Of a stretch of 64,000 nt of DNA, positions 18,391 through 27,802 are shown in pieces. A program made the translations under genes and the position numbers. The stretch lies in assembly GCA_021371795.1 (NCBI GenBank), contig JAJFVK010000006.1, forward strand, positions 23,452 to 87,451, in the 5' to 3' direction. The stretch is from Planctomycetaceae bacterium. Lineage in GTDB: Bacteria > Planctomycetota > Phycisphaerae > Sedimentisphaerales > UBA12454. Under the pieces are notes generated by a model. The model did no database searches. It was not told the origin of the DNA and was given only the letters and a program-made list of their open reading frames with translations. How positions within the stretch are numbered: position 1 is the stretch's first letter; every line of letters begins with the position of its first letter.

Positions 18391-20697
18391 ATGAGCAACA
18401 AATATTCAAAATTAATGATGATATCCATTGTCGCTGTTGCCGCGGGTATAACATCGGCAGATAATTTGGCCTCCCCATTGGCGGCTGAAGCGTTTTATCA
18501 GTCAGGCTGTCAACTTTGTTCCAGCCCCAATGCCGATCTGGCACAGGCCAAACAGGCGATGATTTTGTTCAACGCCGCGCTTATGCTCGATAGAAGGGCT
18601 GATGATATTCCGCCTGAAATTATTAATCTTGCAGGGCGGTATCCGCAGAGCGATTTTTCGCCGACAGTTCGGATTGCGCTCGATAAGTATCTTGAAATCG
18701 GCCGCAACGCCGACCTTGACGTTTCTTTAAAAGCAGTCCAATATCTCATTGAAAAACTCGGCAGCCGCGAGGAGCGTCAAAAGTTTCTTGCAGATGTGGT
18801 AGATAAATACGGTAAAACAAATCCATTCTTTGCTTCAGAACTGGCAACTCAACTTGCATTTCTGGTCGCTGAAACCGCAGATACCGATACTGCACAGAAG
18901 TATCTTATGTACGCTTTTTCCGCAAATAATTATAATCGTCTGGCATTCAATACGCTTGTGGACACAGCGCAGCAAACCAAGCAGGGTATTTCTTATGCTT
19001 CGTATTTGCAGAGTCTGCGTTTGGCGGTAAGGACAAATCCGCTTGATTTGGAGTCGGCGTATAATTTCGCAAGATTGGCCGAATCAGTTGGGCTTTATAC
19101 CGCAGCGGCGGCAGGGTACCAATATTGTATTCAGGCAAACAGTTACTTAAATCCATCAGAACAATATGCCGCGGAATATTATAGGCCGTGGGCTTTGAAC
19201 TGTATGAACACACGAAATTATCGTGCATGCAATACGGTTCTTCAAAAGGTTCGCGGATTCGGCGTATATGATGTCATGATTGAGGCTATTGCGGCCGCAT
19301 CAGCCAAACAAAGTGGCGATGCAAAAGAAAGTCAGGCAATTTTCAACAGCATAAACGCCCGTGCAGCGGGCATTCTTGCCGGCAAAACCACTGCCACAGC
19401 CGCTCAACTTCAGGATTATGCCTGGTTTTATGCCTTCGTGCAGGACAGCAATTCCGATGCGCTGACCTGGGCGACAAAGGCTTATGACGCTGACAATAAT
19501 TCAGTCAGTGCGCAGGCCTTTTTAGCTTATGCTCTTGTTGTGAACGGGCAAAAAGATTTGGCAGTGCCGATGCTCCAAAAAATTGAAAACACAAGCCAGG
19601 TTGCAGCTATTGCCAAGGCTATGATTTTCGACGCGAATGGAAATGACAGTAATGCGGTTGAATTGCTCAAAGTAGCTGTTCAGTCGTCTCCTGGTACATT
19701 CGAGACCCAAAAAGCAAAAGCTTTGCTCAAGAAGCTCGGCTCTGAATATGTTTCGCCGGTTGATTCTGGTGCACTTGAAACTGTTCTGCTTAACGAATAC
19801 GGCCAGAGTGTATTCAGTGGGTTTATGCCTCCGGATAATATGCTTACCGTCTCGCTTAAAACGGCCGGCAATGCTTTTTCTTACGGTACGCCGCTGGATA
19901 TGCAGCTTTCCATTGTGAATAATTATACCGAGCCGATGGTTGTCTGTCCGGATGCTGTTTTCAAAGGCAATATACGTGTCGATGTTCGTATCAGTGGAGA
20001 TTTGACCGAAAAGTATGAAAATTATATTGTCCGTACGGTAAGGCCTTCGTATGAAATCAAGCCGGGCGGTGCGTTATTCGTTCCACTGAAATTGTCTGAC
20101 GGTGCATTAGGACCAATGCTCGACGACCATCCGCAGGCGAATCTGAATATGGAAATTACAGTTTATATCGACCCGCAGACTGCTGCTGATGGGAGCGTTA
20201 AAAGTATTTTCGGCACTGACCCGATAAAGGTTGTCGTGAAAAGAAGAAGCCTTGGACTGGATACTTTGTACTTGCAGCAGAGGTTCGATGCTTTGAAATC
20301 CGGCAAACAGGGGCAGAAAATCAAATCCGTGCAGTTGTTCGCAGGCATGCTTGCCGAACAGCAGAGTCTGGCAAATATGAAAAACAGGTACAAATTCCTG
20401 TATTGCGAGCCGGGACTGCTGACTTCTGCATTGTCAAAATGTATGCTCGAAGACGATTGGGTGCTGAAAGTGCACACTATGGCGGCTCTGCAGAATGTAA
20501 ACCTTGATTATCGGCTCATTGACTCAATTTCATCGCAGTTGGATTATAAGGATTGGCCGGTCAGACTTATGTCAGTTTTCACCCTTGCGGGAAAACAGGG
20601 GGATAATTTTCAGGAAGTTGTTAAATGGGTAAACTCCAACGACAGTAACCAGTTTGTTAAGGATATGGCCGCAGAACTTATAGCGGATAATAAATAA
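18391..20697 (+). CDS. Large secreted TPR/helical-repeat protein, function unknown
   Basis: Signal peptide followed by alanine/tyrosine-rich helical repeats. No catalytic motif recognised. Confidence 0.6.
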   Translation: MSNKYSKLMMISIVAVAAGITSADNLASPLAAEAFYQSGCQLCSSPNADLAQAKQAMILFNAALMLDRRADDIPPEIINLAGRYPQSDFSPTVRIALDKYLEIGRNADLDVSLKAVQYLIEKLGSREERQKFLADVVDKYGKTNPFFASELATQLAFLVAETADTDTAQKYLMYAFSANNYNRLAFNTLVDTAQQTKQGISYASYLQSLRLAVRTNPLDLESAYNFARLAESVGLYTAAAAGYQYCIQANSYLNPSEQYAAEYYRPWALNCMNTRNYRACNTVLQKVRGFGVYDVMIEAIAAASAKQSGDAKESQAIFNSINARAAGILAGKTTATAAQLQDYAWFYAFVQDSNSDALTWATKAYDADNNSVSAQAFLAYALVVNGQKDLAVPMLQKIENTSQVAAIAKAMIFDANGNDSNAVELLKVAVQSSPGTFETQKAKALLKKLGSEYVSPVDSGALETVLLNEYGQSVFSGFMPPDNMLTVSLKTAGNAFSYGTPLDMQLSIVNNYTEPMVVCPDAVFKGNIRVDVRISGDLTEKYENYIVRTVRPSYEIKPGGALFVPLKLSDGALGPMLDDHPQANLNMEITVYIDPQTAADGSVKSIFGTDPIKVVVKRRSLGLDTLYLQQRFDALKSGKQGQKIKSVQLFAGMLAEQQSLANMKNRYKFLYCEPGLLTSALSKCMLEDDWVLKVHTMAALQNVNLDYRLIDSISSQLDYKDWPVRLMSVFTLAGKQGDNFQEVVKWVNSNDSNQFVKDMAAELIADNK

Positions 20698-20919
20698 CCA
20701 ATACAAATAGTTGGCGGTAATTATTTCACACATTAAAAAGACTTAAAATGTCTTGTGTTGTTTAAGCCTTAAAAATGCAGAGGTTACGAATATTTATTTT
20801 TTTTATTTTAATCTGTAATTTAGGCGAAATTTTTGTTGTAAATCTCTTGGTAGTTTAGTATTATTTCCGCCTCAAACGAAGTTGAATTATAACATTATGT
20901 TTTAGAAAGGATTTTTAAT

Positions 20920-21093
20920 ATGCCCGCAAAAGTAAATGAAGAAAAGTGCACAGGTTGCGAATCATGTGTTGATGCATGCCCGGCTGAAGCGATTAAGATG
21001 ACTGACGGCAAGGCCGTTGTTGATGCGGATACTTGTGTTGACTGTGGCGTTTGTGTTGATGAATGTCCGGTCAGCGCCATCGAAATGGAATAA
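20920..21093 (+). CDS. 2x[4Fe-4S] ferredoxin (57 aa, below the ORF-track cutoff)
   Basis: My own translation: MPAKVNEEKCTGCESCVDACPAEAIKMTDGKAVVDADTCVDCGVCVDECPVSAIEME. It has two CxxCxxCxxxCP motifs. Confidence 0.85.
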   Translation: MPAKVNEEKCTGCESCVDACPAEAIKMTDGKAVVDADTCVDCGVCVDECPVSAIEME

Positions 21094-21138
21094 GTTAGTA
21101 TTTACAGTAAAAGCAGGTTATACTTGCTTAGGCTTAGT

Positions 21139-21213
21139 GGCCCTATCGTCTAGCCCGGCCTAGGACACCGGGTTTTCATCCCGGCGACAGGGGTTCAAAT
21201 CCCCTTGGGGCTA
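21139..21213 (+). tRNA. tRNA-Glu: tRNA-Glu (anticodon UUC)
   Basis: Hand-folded cloverleaf. Acceptor GGCCCTA/TGGGGCT. Anticodon stem CCGGG/CCCGG with loop TTTTCAT (anticodon TTC at 21175-77). T-arm AGGGG-TTCAAAT-CCCCT. Discriminator A. CCA is not encoded. Confidence 0.9.
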
Positions 21214-21393
21214 TTGATTACAGCCAGGATTACATTTTTTAATGTGTCTTGGCTGTTTTTGTATTTATGTGGAAGCTCGTGCGGTACAAATATACGTAGC
21301 TCATTTAAATTGTGTTACAATTATATCGTTTAATCTTGAAAAACAAGCACTTAGGATAGATTTTGCTAATGGAAAATACAACGATTCAAAGTG

Positions 21394-21606
21394 CTACCTT
21401 ACGCCAAGCTGTGCGTTTTTTTGCAGCCACTGGCCATCACAATTTTCTTCTGTGCACTTATACCATACAAAAAAATGCGACCCCTCTTTCATCCTATCCA
21501 CTTCTTTCATAACTTTCCCGCAAACCGGACAAAGCCCTTTCTCTTCGGCAGACTGAAATTTCGCACTATTTGCGACCAGGTAATTCATTTGTATAACTCC
21601 TTTCAT
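21394..21606 (-). CDS. Small zinc-ribbon-like protein
   Basis: CPVCGK...YKCTEENCDGQW (Cx2C...Cx4C). Overlaps the 3' end of the upstream REC gene. The start is uncertain (M1 or M7). Confidence 0.35.
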   Translation of the reverse strand: MKGVIQMNYLVANSAKFQSAEEKGLCPVCGKVMKEVDRMKEGSHFFVWYKCTEENCDGQWLQKNAQLGVR

Positions 21607-22099
21607 ACGTCTTCATTGTTTTTTTAACGGAATTTGTTCCCTTTTTAATTTTATGTTTGGGAAATTTTTTGGCTAACTTCTTACTAATGTAAATTCCGCC
21701 GCCAAGCAATTGCCTTATCGCATCTATGATTTTTTCAGACAACTCATCTTTTGTAATGTATCCTCTTGCCCCTGCGTCGAATGCCTGTTTAATGTATTCC
21801 AGTTCATCACTCACAGAAAACATCAGCACAATCAAATTTGGACACAGCGTCTTTATCTTTTTTATAACCTGAATACCTGTCTCTTTTTTGAGAAGCATAT
21901 CTACAATCGCCAAATCAATTTGCTGTGTTTTCACCGCCTTGACAGCCCCTGCGAAATTGCCGGCTTTGGCGCGTACTTCAAGGTCCGCTTCAAGATTAAT
22001 AAGCTGTGCCAATCCATCGCATATGATAGGGTGATCATCGACAATAAGAATTCTTTTAATTTCTGCCGCAAGAACAGTGCTGTTTTCCTTTTTGCTCAC
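21566..22099 (-). CDS. Response-regulator receiver protein with a NarL-type REC domain but no recognisable HTH output
   Basis: ILIVDDHPII...DLAIVDMLL...LMFSVSD...GYITK. The C-terminal 45 aa are basic and show no LuxR-type helix-turn-helix. Confidence 0.75.
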   Translation of the reverse strand: MSKKENSTVLAAEIKRILIVDDHPIICDGLAQLINLEADLEVRAKAGNFAGAVKAVKTQQIDLAIVDMLLKKETGIQVIKKIKTLCPNLIVLMFSVSDELEYIKQAFDAGARGYITKDELSEKIIDAIRQLLGGGIYISKKLAKKFPKHKIKKGTNSVKKTMKTYERSYTNELPGRK

Positions 22100-22161
22100 A
22101 ATATGTCCGCCTGGAAAATTTCTGATAACTTATGGAAACGCATAATTAACTGTGTGCCGTG

Positions 22162-22416
22162 CTATACAAGAATGTCCTCAAGAAGACGGTCAAAAACGAC
22201 ATTCAATCGCGTATCAATGTCGTATGTGCCCTCCATAAGCCGATGCCGAATCCTAAGAATTTTATTTTTACGAACTTCCGGCAATGAGCAAACGCTTTGC
22301 AATGTTGGAACGGTTATTTTACCTCTGATTTTTTTGCTGGCGCCCCAATTAGAGGAGATATCTGTATCCTCGGATATTACAGTCGATTCGTTATTTTGTT
22401 GGCTTAAATCCGACAT
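22162..22416 (-). CDS. FlgM-like anti-sigma-28 factor family protein
   Basis: C-terminus RKNKILRIRHRLMEGTYDIDTRLNVVFDRLLEDI fits the FlgM pattern R..KV..IK..I..G.Y.VD... Confidence 0.6.
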   Translation of the reverse strand: MSDLSQQNNESTVISEDTDISSNWGASKKIRGKITVPTLQSVCSLPEVRKNKILRIRHRLMEGTYDIDTRLNVVFDRLLEDILV

Positions 22417-22418
22417 TT

Positions 22419-22589
22419 TTACACCTCTTTACAAAAGTTTGACAAGCTACGAAAATCATTACAAACAATTATACAATCAAGCTGCCAACCCATATTATGT
22501 GTTTCGCAGCCTTCCATGCTGCGTTTGTTTTCTGCCAGGTCCGACAACTCCTTTTTATTTGAATATCCGTTTTCTGTCAAACCTGACAT
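22419..22589 (-). CDS. Possible 56-aa Cys-containing small protein immediately upstream of the flgM-like gene
   Basis: My own translation: MSGLTENGYSNKKELSDLAENKRSMEGCETHNMGWQLDCIIVCNDFRSLSNFCKEV. Its stop lies 2 nt before the flgM-like ATG. Below the ORF-track cutoff, and no family recognised. Confidence 0.25.
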   Translation of the reverse strand: MSGLTENGYSNKKELSDLAENKRSMEGCETHNMGWQLDCIIVCNDFRSLSNFCKEV

Positions 22590-22810
22590 TTATACTTCTA
22601 CTTCCATTCCTACCTTAAAAGGCTTTCAACTCTATTAACAACTGCCCCCGATGATAACATAAGTCTTATCTCTGTAAATCAGTGTTACATCCGTTTTTGA
22701 TGTCGATGAAAACCATTATCTTTGTGTAGGCCGAATGCGAAGGGGAAAAAGTTTGTCTCGAAAATGTTCTGTTGAGAAAGGCATATCTGCAGAATATGAT
22801 TGGGATATAA

Positions 22811-23500
22811 TTAATCTTTATCCTGACTTTTTGCCCATCTTATTGAATACCGGAGTAGTTCGGGGGCATTGTTGATGCCCAATTTTTCTTTAATGCGTGT
22901 GCGGTAAGTCTCGATTGTTTTTATACTTAAATGAAGTTGTGTTGCTATCAGTGAAGCCTTTAAACCTTCACCAATCATGCGAAAAATTTCTAATTCACGG
23001 TCGCTAAGATTATCTATTGATGTTTTTGCTGTATCAGATTTGTCGCCTGCGATTTTATGGAGAAACTTCTTTAAAATATTATCGCTGACAAATATCTCGC
23101 CGTTTAGAACCGTGCGAATTGCCCTGATAATATTTTCAGAGACAGCATCTTTCATCAAATAGGCTTTTGCACCTGCTAAAAGTGCTCGCTCGGCATACAC
23201 GGATTCATCATGAATGGAAAGGACTATGACAGATATTTTCGGGTATTCTGCCTTAATACTCTTGGTCAGTTCAAGACCATTTGAATTCTTCAGGGAAATG
23301 TCGGCAATAACGATATCTGGTTTCAATTCAGTAATATCTTTCAGTGCCTGACAAGCATCTTCTGCCTGACCGCATACATTCAGGTCTTGTTCATGATTGA
23401 TAATCACGGCAAGTCCATCTCGTACCACAGGGTGGTCATCGACGATAAAAACCAGCGTTTTCTTTTCAGCCGTTTTATCTTGTTTTTTCTTTAATGCCAT
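22811..23500 (-). CDS. NarL/FixJ-family response regulator (REC plus LuxR-type HTH)
   Basis: FIVDDHPVVRDG...; LSDRELEIFRMIGEGLKASLIATQLHLSIKTIETYRTRIKEKLG. Confidence 0.9.
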   Translation of the reverse strand: MALKKKQDKTAEKKTLVFIVDDHPVVRDGLAVIINHEQDLNVCGQAEDACQALKDITELKPDIVIADISLKNSNGLELTKSIKAEYPKISVIVLSIHDESVYAERALLAGAKAYLMKDAVSENIIRAIRTVLNGEIFVSDNILKKFLHKIAGDKSDTAKTSIDNLSDRELEIFRMIGEGLKASLIATQLHLSIKTIETYRTRIKEKLGINNAPELLRYSIRWAKSQDKD

Positions 23501-23524
23501 ATAACCATTCTTTATCAGAGATAA

Positions 23525-25066
23525 CTATGCTTTGTTCGGAAAAATACATTTCACAATTGTTCCACCCTTATTGCGTTTACGAATATCAAGCGAGCCGCCT
23601 ATCAGGTCGGTGCGGTATTTCATAATTTTTAATCCAACCCCTTTTCTATTTGGAGATAACTTCGGGAAATCCAGCCCGTCATTTTCAATTGACAGAACAA
23701 TTCCTTTTTTTGTCAAACGAAGATTTATTACAATATTAGTTGCGTTGCCATGTCTGACTGCATTGGTAATCGCTTCCTGAACAATCCGATAAATTTGCTT
23801 TGCCTCAACAAGATTCTTAACAGAGACAGAGTGTCCGCACTTGAACCGGCAGACAACGTCCATAGTTTTTCCTACGGTGGATGCCAGTGTTTTTAATGCA
23901 GAGACCAAACCGCCTGTTTCAATATCAACGGGATAAAGCATTCTGGCGATGTCTCGTGTCTGTACTATTGCCTTGTTTGCAAGTTTTGATATTAATAAGG
24001 CATTTTTCATTTCTTCAGAAGATATACCCTTAAGTTTCAGTGCCAATCCTTTGCACTTAATAGCAATGCCGGTAAGTACCTGCCCCATACCATCGTGCAT
24101 TTCCTGGCCTATCAGTTCTCTTTCTCTTTCAGTTATGTCGAGGATTTCTTTTTCCAGTCGTCTGCGTTCCGTAAAATCTCTTTCAGTTGTTGTAACGGCA
24201 AATGGTTTCCCCATTTCATCCCTTAACAAAGTTGCTGTAAGGGAGATATTCAATATAACATTATTTTTTGTTGTGCGATGTGTTTCAAATAATTCGACGC
24301 TTTCTCCATTCAACACTCTCTCGGTCAGCAACCTCATTTCGTCCTGCTTATGGCCGGGGGTTAACCTGCTAATATTCATCGTCATCGCTTCAGCTTTGCT
24401 GTATCCATATATACGCTCTGCGCCGAGGTTCCAGGTAATGATATTGCCTTCCAAATCCTGTACTGTAATCGCATCGTTTGAGTTGTGTACCACTGCGGCC
24501 AATAGTCTCAACTCGTTTTCTATGTGTTTGCGTTCAGTTATGTCGTGGCCGATACAAAGGATTTCAGTAATATTGTTCTGTTCATCGTAAATTAACTTGT
24601 TTGCCCAGTAAACCCATACCAGACGGCCGTTTTTGCAAACATTCTCATTCTCATAAGTAGCATAAAGTTCAGGCTTTTGTTTGATATCTTCGATTAACTG
24701 TGTATGGTTTCGGCCGGAGCTGTCTTTCCTGGGTATTATTTTTCCTATTATGTTTTTGCCAAGGAGTTCATTTTCAGTATAGCCAAAGAACTTTTGAGCG
24801 AACACATTGAGGAAAATTATTTTTCCATTTTTGTCCACACGCAGAATAATACAGTCGATATTCTCTACAAGCTGGCAGTATTTATCCTCGCTAACATCGA
24901 GCATCTTCCTGGCATGCTCAAGCTTTGTGGTTATATTTTTTAATTTTTTCGTTAGACTACTCACCTTTCCTGCCTTTGCCTTTACCGCAATCCACATCGT
25001 AAAATCGCAAAGAGATGCTCCAAATAAAATCCCCTTGATTTTAGCAATATTAAATAAACTTGTCAA
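23525..25066 (-). CDS. PAS-domain sensor histidine kinase (HisKA_3 / NarX-type)
   Basis: Two PAS-like segments. HisKA_3 H-box ELIGQEMHDGMGQVLTG. HATPase motifs NAVRHGNA and DDGLDF...GVGLKIM. Confidence 0.85.
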   Translation of the reverse strand: MTSLFNIAKIKGILFGASLCDFTMWIAVKAKAGKVSSLTKKLKNITTKLEHARKMLDVSEDKYCQLVENIDCIILRVDKNGKIIFLNVFAQKFFGYTENELLGKNIIGKIIPRKDSSGRNHTQLIEDIKQKPELYATYENENVCKNGRLVWVYWANKLIYDEQNNITEILCIGHDITERKHIENELRLLAAVVHNSNDAITVQDLEGNIITWNLGAERIYGYSKAEAMTMNISRLTPGHKQDEMRLLTERVLNGESVELFETHRTTKNNVILNISLTATLLRDEMGKPFAVTTTERDFTERRRLEKEILDITERERELIGQEMHDGMGQVLTGIAIKCKGLALKLKGISSEEMKNALLISKLANKAIVQTRDIARMLYPVDIETGGLVSALKTLASTVGKTMDVVCRFKCGHSVSVKNLVEAKQIYRIVQEAITNAVRHGNATNIVINLRLTKKGIVLSIENDGLDFPKLSPNRKGVGLKIMKYRTDLIGGSLDIRKRNKGGTIVKCIFPNKA

Positions 25067-25107
25067 TCCTGTATCTGATGGAAAACCGTCCCTTGAATCT
25101 GTATTAT

Positions 25108-25178
25108 GTAGGGAATTTCACCGACAGGCAGGTAGGCCATTCTCCTTACAATATAAACAGGCTCTACACTGATTTACA
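25108..25178 (+). repeat. Copy A of a conserved roughly 70-bp upstream element
   Basis: 5' block GGGAATTTCACCGACAGGCAGGTAGG, then the 24-bp block AAACAGGCTCTACACTGATTTACA (25155-25178). Lies 168 nt upstream of the 25347 start. Confidence 0.8.
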
Positions 25179-25346
25179 TACTTATTCCTTATGTTATCAT
25201 TCGACTCCGGAGTGGAGTATTGTCGGTGTTGTTCCGCGAGTGTTTGTGAATGTAAGAAGTTTATTATGTCGCGATTCAAGTAATCACAAAATGCGCTAAT
25301 AGTACTAAAACCGATAAAAATATTAATTAATTAAAGGAAGAAGATT

Positions 25347-26093
25347 ATGAAAAAATTGACTACAATTATTTTGTTGTCTGTACTGACAACAGCAGGCTTG
25401 GCTAATGTTATAGTGCTGGGCACGGCGGAGAACTTCGCGGTACTCGGCGGCTCTACGGTTACTAACACCGGCATGACTGCCCTCGTAGGTAACCTCGGTG
25501 TAAGTCCGGGAACGGCCATCACTGGTTTCTATGGTACGATTGAGAATGATGGTCCGGGGACATTTACGGGAACGTCGCATCAGGGTGATGCGGTTGCGCT
25601 TCAGGCGCAGAATGATGCCCTCAATGCGTACAATTTTCTGGCAGGGCAAACGGCCGATGTTACGTATTCGAGTGGTCAGGATTTGTCACTTGTTCTCACA
25701 CCAGGTGTCTACCATATTACGGGATCGGCTGGGTTGACCGGAACGCTCACTCTTGACGGTATGGGCAACTCCAATGCGATATTTATCTTCCAGATAGATA
25801 GCACGCTCATTACCGCTTCTGCCTCGTCCGTGTCCCTAATCAATGGTGCCAACGCCGACAACGTTTATTTCCAGGTCGGCTCCTCGGCTACCCTCGGCAC
25901 AGGCACAAGTTTTGCGGGGACAATCATCGCCTCTGCGAGCGACACACTTAACACTGGTGCCGGCGTGAATGGTCGGGTTATTGCCCTCAATGGAGCTGTG
26001 ACGCTCGACAACAACGTAATCACAATTCCTGAACCAGCAACAATTTGTCTGCTTGGCTTAGGTGTTTTAAGCATTATTCGTAGGAAGAAATAA
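25347..26093 (+). CDS. Ice-binding-like (DUF3494) family protein with a PEP-CTERM anchor
   Basis: [34 protein letters not shown] is typical of DUF3494. C-terminus [22 protein letters not shown]. Confidence 0.75.
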   Translation: MKKLTTIILLSVLTTAGLANVIVLGTAENFAVLGGSTVTNTGMTALVGNLGVSPGTAITGFYGTIENDGPGTFTGTSHQGDAVALQAQNDALNAYNFLAGQTADVTYSSGQDLSLVLTPGVYHITGSAGLTGTLTLDGMGNSNAIFIFQIDSTLITASASSVSLINGANADNVYFQVGSSATLGTGTSFAGTIIASASDTLNTGAGVNGRVIALNGAVTLDNNVITIPEPATICLLGLGVLSIIRRKK

Positions 26094-26196
26094 AAAAATA
26101 GTGATGCAATTAAGTAAGGGACTCTGCCGGCGCAAACTTTCTCTTTGTGCCGGCCGTTCTCATCATTAAAGCATTGGCGAAATGTCTAATATACAG

Positions 26197-26267
26197 GTAA
26201 GGGATTTTGCCGACAGACAGATAGTTGATTGGACTCACACCAGAAACAGGCTCTACACTGATTTACA
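26197..26267 (+). repeat. Copy B of the conserved roughly 70-bp upstream element
   Basis: GGGATTTTGCCGACAGACAGATAGT, then the identical 24-bp block AAACAGGCTCTACACTGATTTACA (26244-26267). Lies 158 nt upstream of the 26426 start. Confidence 0.8.
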
Positions 26268-26425
26268 AATATTTTTTTGCTGTTACCCTGATTGAATAAA
26301 TTAAACCAACAGCAAAGCGGCAGATGAATAGATTTTTTCAGACGATTAGTCAAATTAATATTAGTCAATTCTGAACTGCATCGAAATTATAAAGCTGGAT
26401 TTAATAATTTTTTAGGAGATATAAA

Positions 26426-27112
26426 ATGTTAGCTGTAATTGAATGGAATGCTCTTATTGTTGAGCCGGTTCGTCAAATGTTGACAAGGATAATGGCTTAT
26501 CTTCCTGTCCTGCTGGGAGCATTGATAATCCTGATAGTAGGCTGGATTGTGGCCAAGACAATTAGACGGCTGGTTGACTGGCTTCTTAAGACTGTACGCT
26601 TCGACATGCTTGCCGACAAGGCGGGAATATCGGAAATTCTCAAGAAGGGGAATATGGATGTTTCGGCCAGACGGTTGGTAAGCGGAATAGTTTATTGGCT
26701 GATTATCATTATGGTTTTAGTGATGGCGGTTGATGCGCTGGGGCTGCCGAAAGCTTCTGATGTTCTGGCAAGTTTATTTGCTTACATACCCAACGTTATT
26801 ACCGCATTGCTTGTTCTGATAGTTGCTATGTTCCTGGCAAATTTTGTTTCAGGAATAGTCCGCACAGCCGCCGGCAATGCCAATTTCCCTAAACCGGCGA
26901 TACTTGCCGCGATAAGTCGCTGGGCTATTATAATTTTCGCAGCAACTATCGCACTGGAACAGCTCGGTATTGCACCGCTTCTGGTAACAGCTACTTTCAA
27001 TATTATTCTTGGCGGCATTTGCCTCGCATTAGCTCTTGCGTTTGGTTTAGGCGGTAAAGATGCGGCTGCAAAGTATCTCGAAGAATTAAGACAAAAACGT
27101 AATGAGAAATAA
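26426..27112 (+). CDS. Polytopic membrane protein with conserved-TM-helix repeats (the type associated with mechanosensitive channels)
   Basis: Four to five hydrophobic helices with repeated (L/I)xxLxxYxPNxxxALxxLxxxxxxA-like segments. The family assignment is from memory only. Confidence 0.5.
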   Translation: MLAVIEWNALIVEPVRQMLTRIMAYLPVLLGALIILIVGWIVAKTIRRLVDWLLKTVRFDMLADKAGISEILKKGNMDVSARRLVSGIVYWLIIIMVLVMAVDALGLPKASDVLASLFAYIPNVITALLVLIVAMFLANFVSGIVRTAAGNANFPKPAILAAISRWAIIIFAATIALEQLGIAPLLVTATFNIILGGICLALALAFGLGGKDAAAKYLEELRQKRNEK

Positions 27113-27181
27113 TAAGGATTTGCGAGTGGGCAGTTGGCTCTTTGTGAAATACTAATCCGAAAAAAGAAAGGGAATATTGTT

Positions 27182-27331
27182 ATGCTTTATACTATAGCTG
27201 TAGTTTTGCTTGTATTGTGGCTTCTGGGGTTGGTGAGTTCCTATACAATGGGCGGTTTCATTCATGTTCTTCTGGTAATTGCTGTTGTGGTTGTGTTGAT
27301 TAGAATTATCAGCGGACAAAAAGTTGTGTGA
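27182..27331 (+). CDS. lmo0937-family small membrane protein (49 aa)
   Basis: MLYTIAVVLLVLWLLGLVSSYTMGGFIHVLLVIAVVVVLIRII. The internal ATG at 27182 is preferred over the 27134 extension. Confidence 0.65.
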   Translation: MLYTIAVVLLVLWLLGLVSSYTMGGFIHVLLVIAVVVVLIRIISGQKVV

Positions 27332-27375
27332 ACTTTTCGTGAGTCAGGGCAACAAAATCAAAATGAGGCTTTTCT

Positions 27376-27579
27376 ATGAATAAAACAATTTTGCTGGCAA
27401 TACTTGTCGGGGGCATCGTTCTGATGGTTTACGGCGTTTCTGCGTCAAAGTCATTCAGTTCTGATATATCTCGCTTTTTCACCGGCTCACCTACCGATAA
27501 GTCGATATGGATGTTGATAGGCGGAGTTGTTGTAATCATCATCGGGCTGGCAGGTTTGTTGAGAGGCCAAATTAAATGA
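27376..27579 (+). CDS. DUF3185-family small membrane protein
   Basis: Two TM helices flanking SKSFSSDISRFFTGSPTDKSIWML, the pattern I recall for DUF3185. Confidence 0.6.
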   Translation: MNKTILLAILVGGIVLMVYGVSASKSFSSDISRFFTGSPTDKSIWMLIGGVVVIIIGLAGLLRGQIK

Positions 27580-27616
27580 ACCTATTATTTAAAGTTATAA
27601 TTTTTAAAGGAAGGCT

Positions 27617-27802
27617 ATGAGTAAGTACATGACCAGGTCGAAAGCGACGCAAATGTCTGACATGCAAAAGTCGCACAAAGCTCCGCATCAAGGACAAGTC
27701 GCCACCGCCATTTTGACGGATGAAGATATTTCCAGTCGGGCATACGGAATTTACGTCAAGAATGGCTGCAATGAAGGCCAAAGTGAAAAGAACTGGCTGT
27801 AA
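27617..27802 (+). CDS. DUF2934-like small protein, cut short by an in-frame TAA inside the conserved W-L-x-A-E-x-E-L motif
   Basis: ISSRAYGIYVKNGCNEGQSEKNWL-stop-AEQELKNREEWLEANEKK. The frame stays open to the TGA at 27857-27859. Confidence 0.55.
   Translation: MSKYMTRSKATQMSDMQKSHKAPHQGQVATAILTDEDISSRAYGIYVKNGCNEGQSEKNWL

Noticed and set aside
21710-22618. A 302-aa plus-strand ORF, one of the longer unexplained ORFs in the track
   Set aside because: It runs antisense across the REC gene, the FlgM-like gene and the micro-ORF. The sequence is Cys/Phe/Ile-rich with no motifs, as expected for the shadow frame of real minus-strand genes.
25111-25136. Whether the CCGACA core of the duplicated upstream element is a sigma-28 -10 box (given the nearby FlgM-like gene)
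   Set aside because: Neither copy has a TAAA-type -35 box at the required spacing. The identity of the cognate factor stays open.
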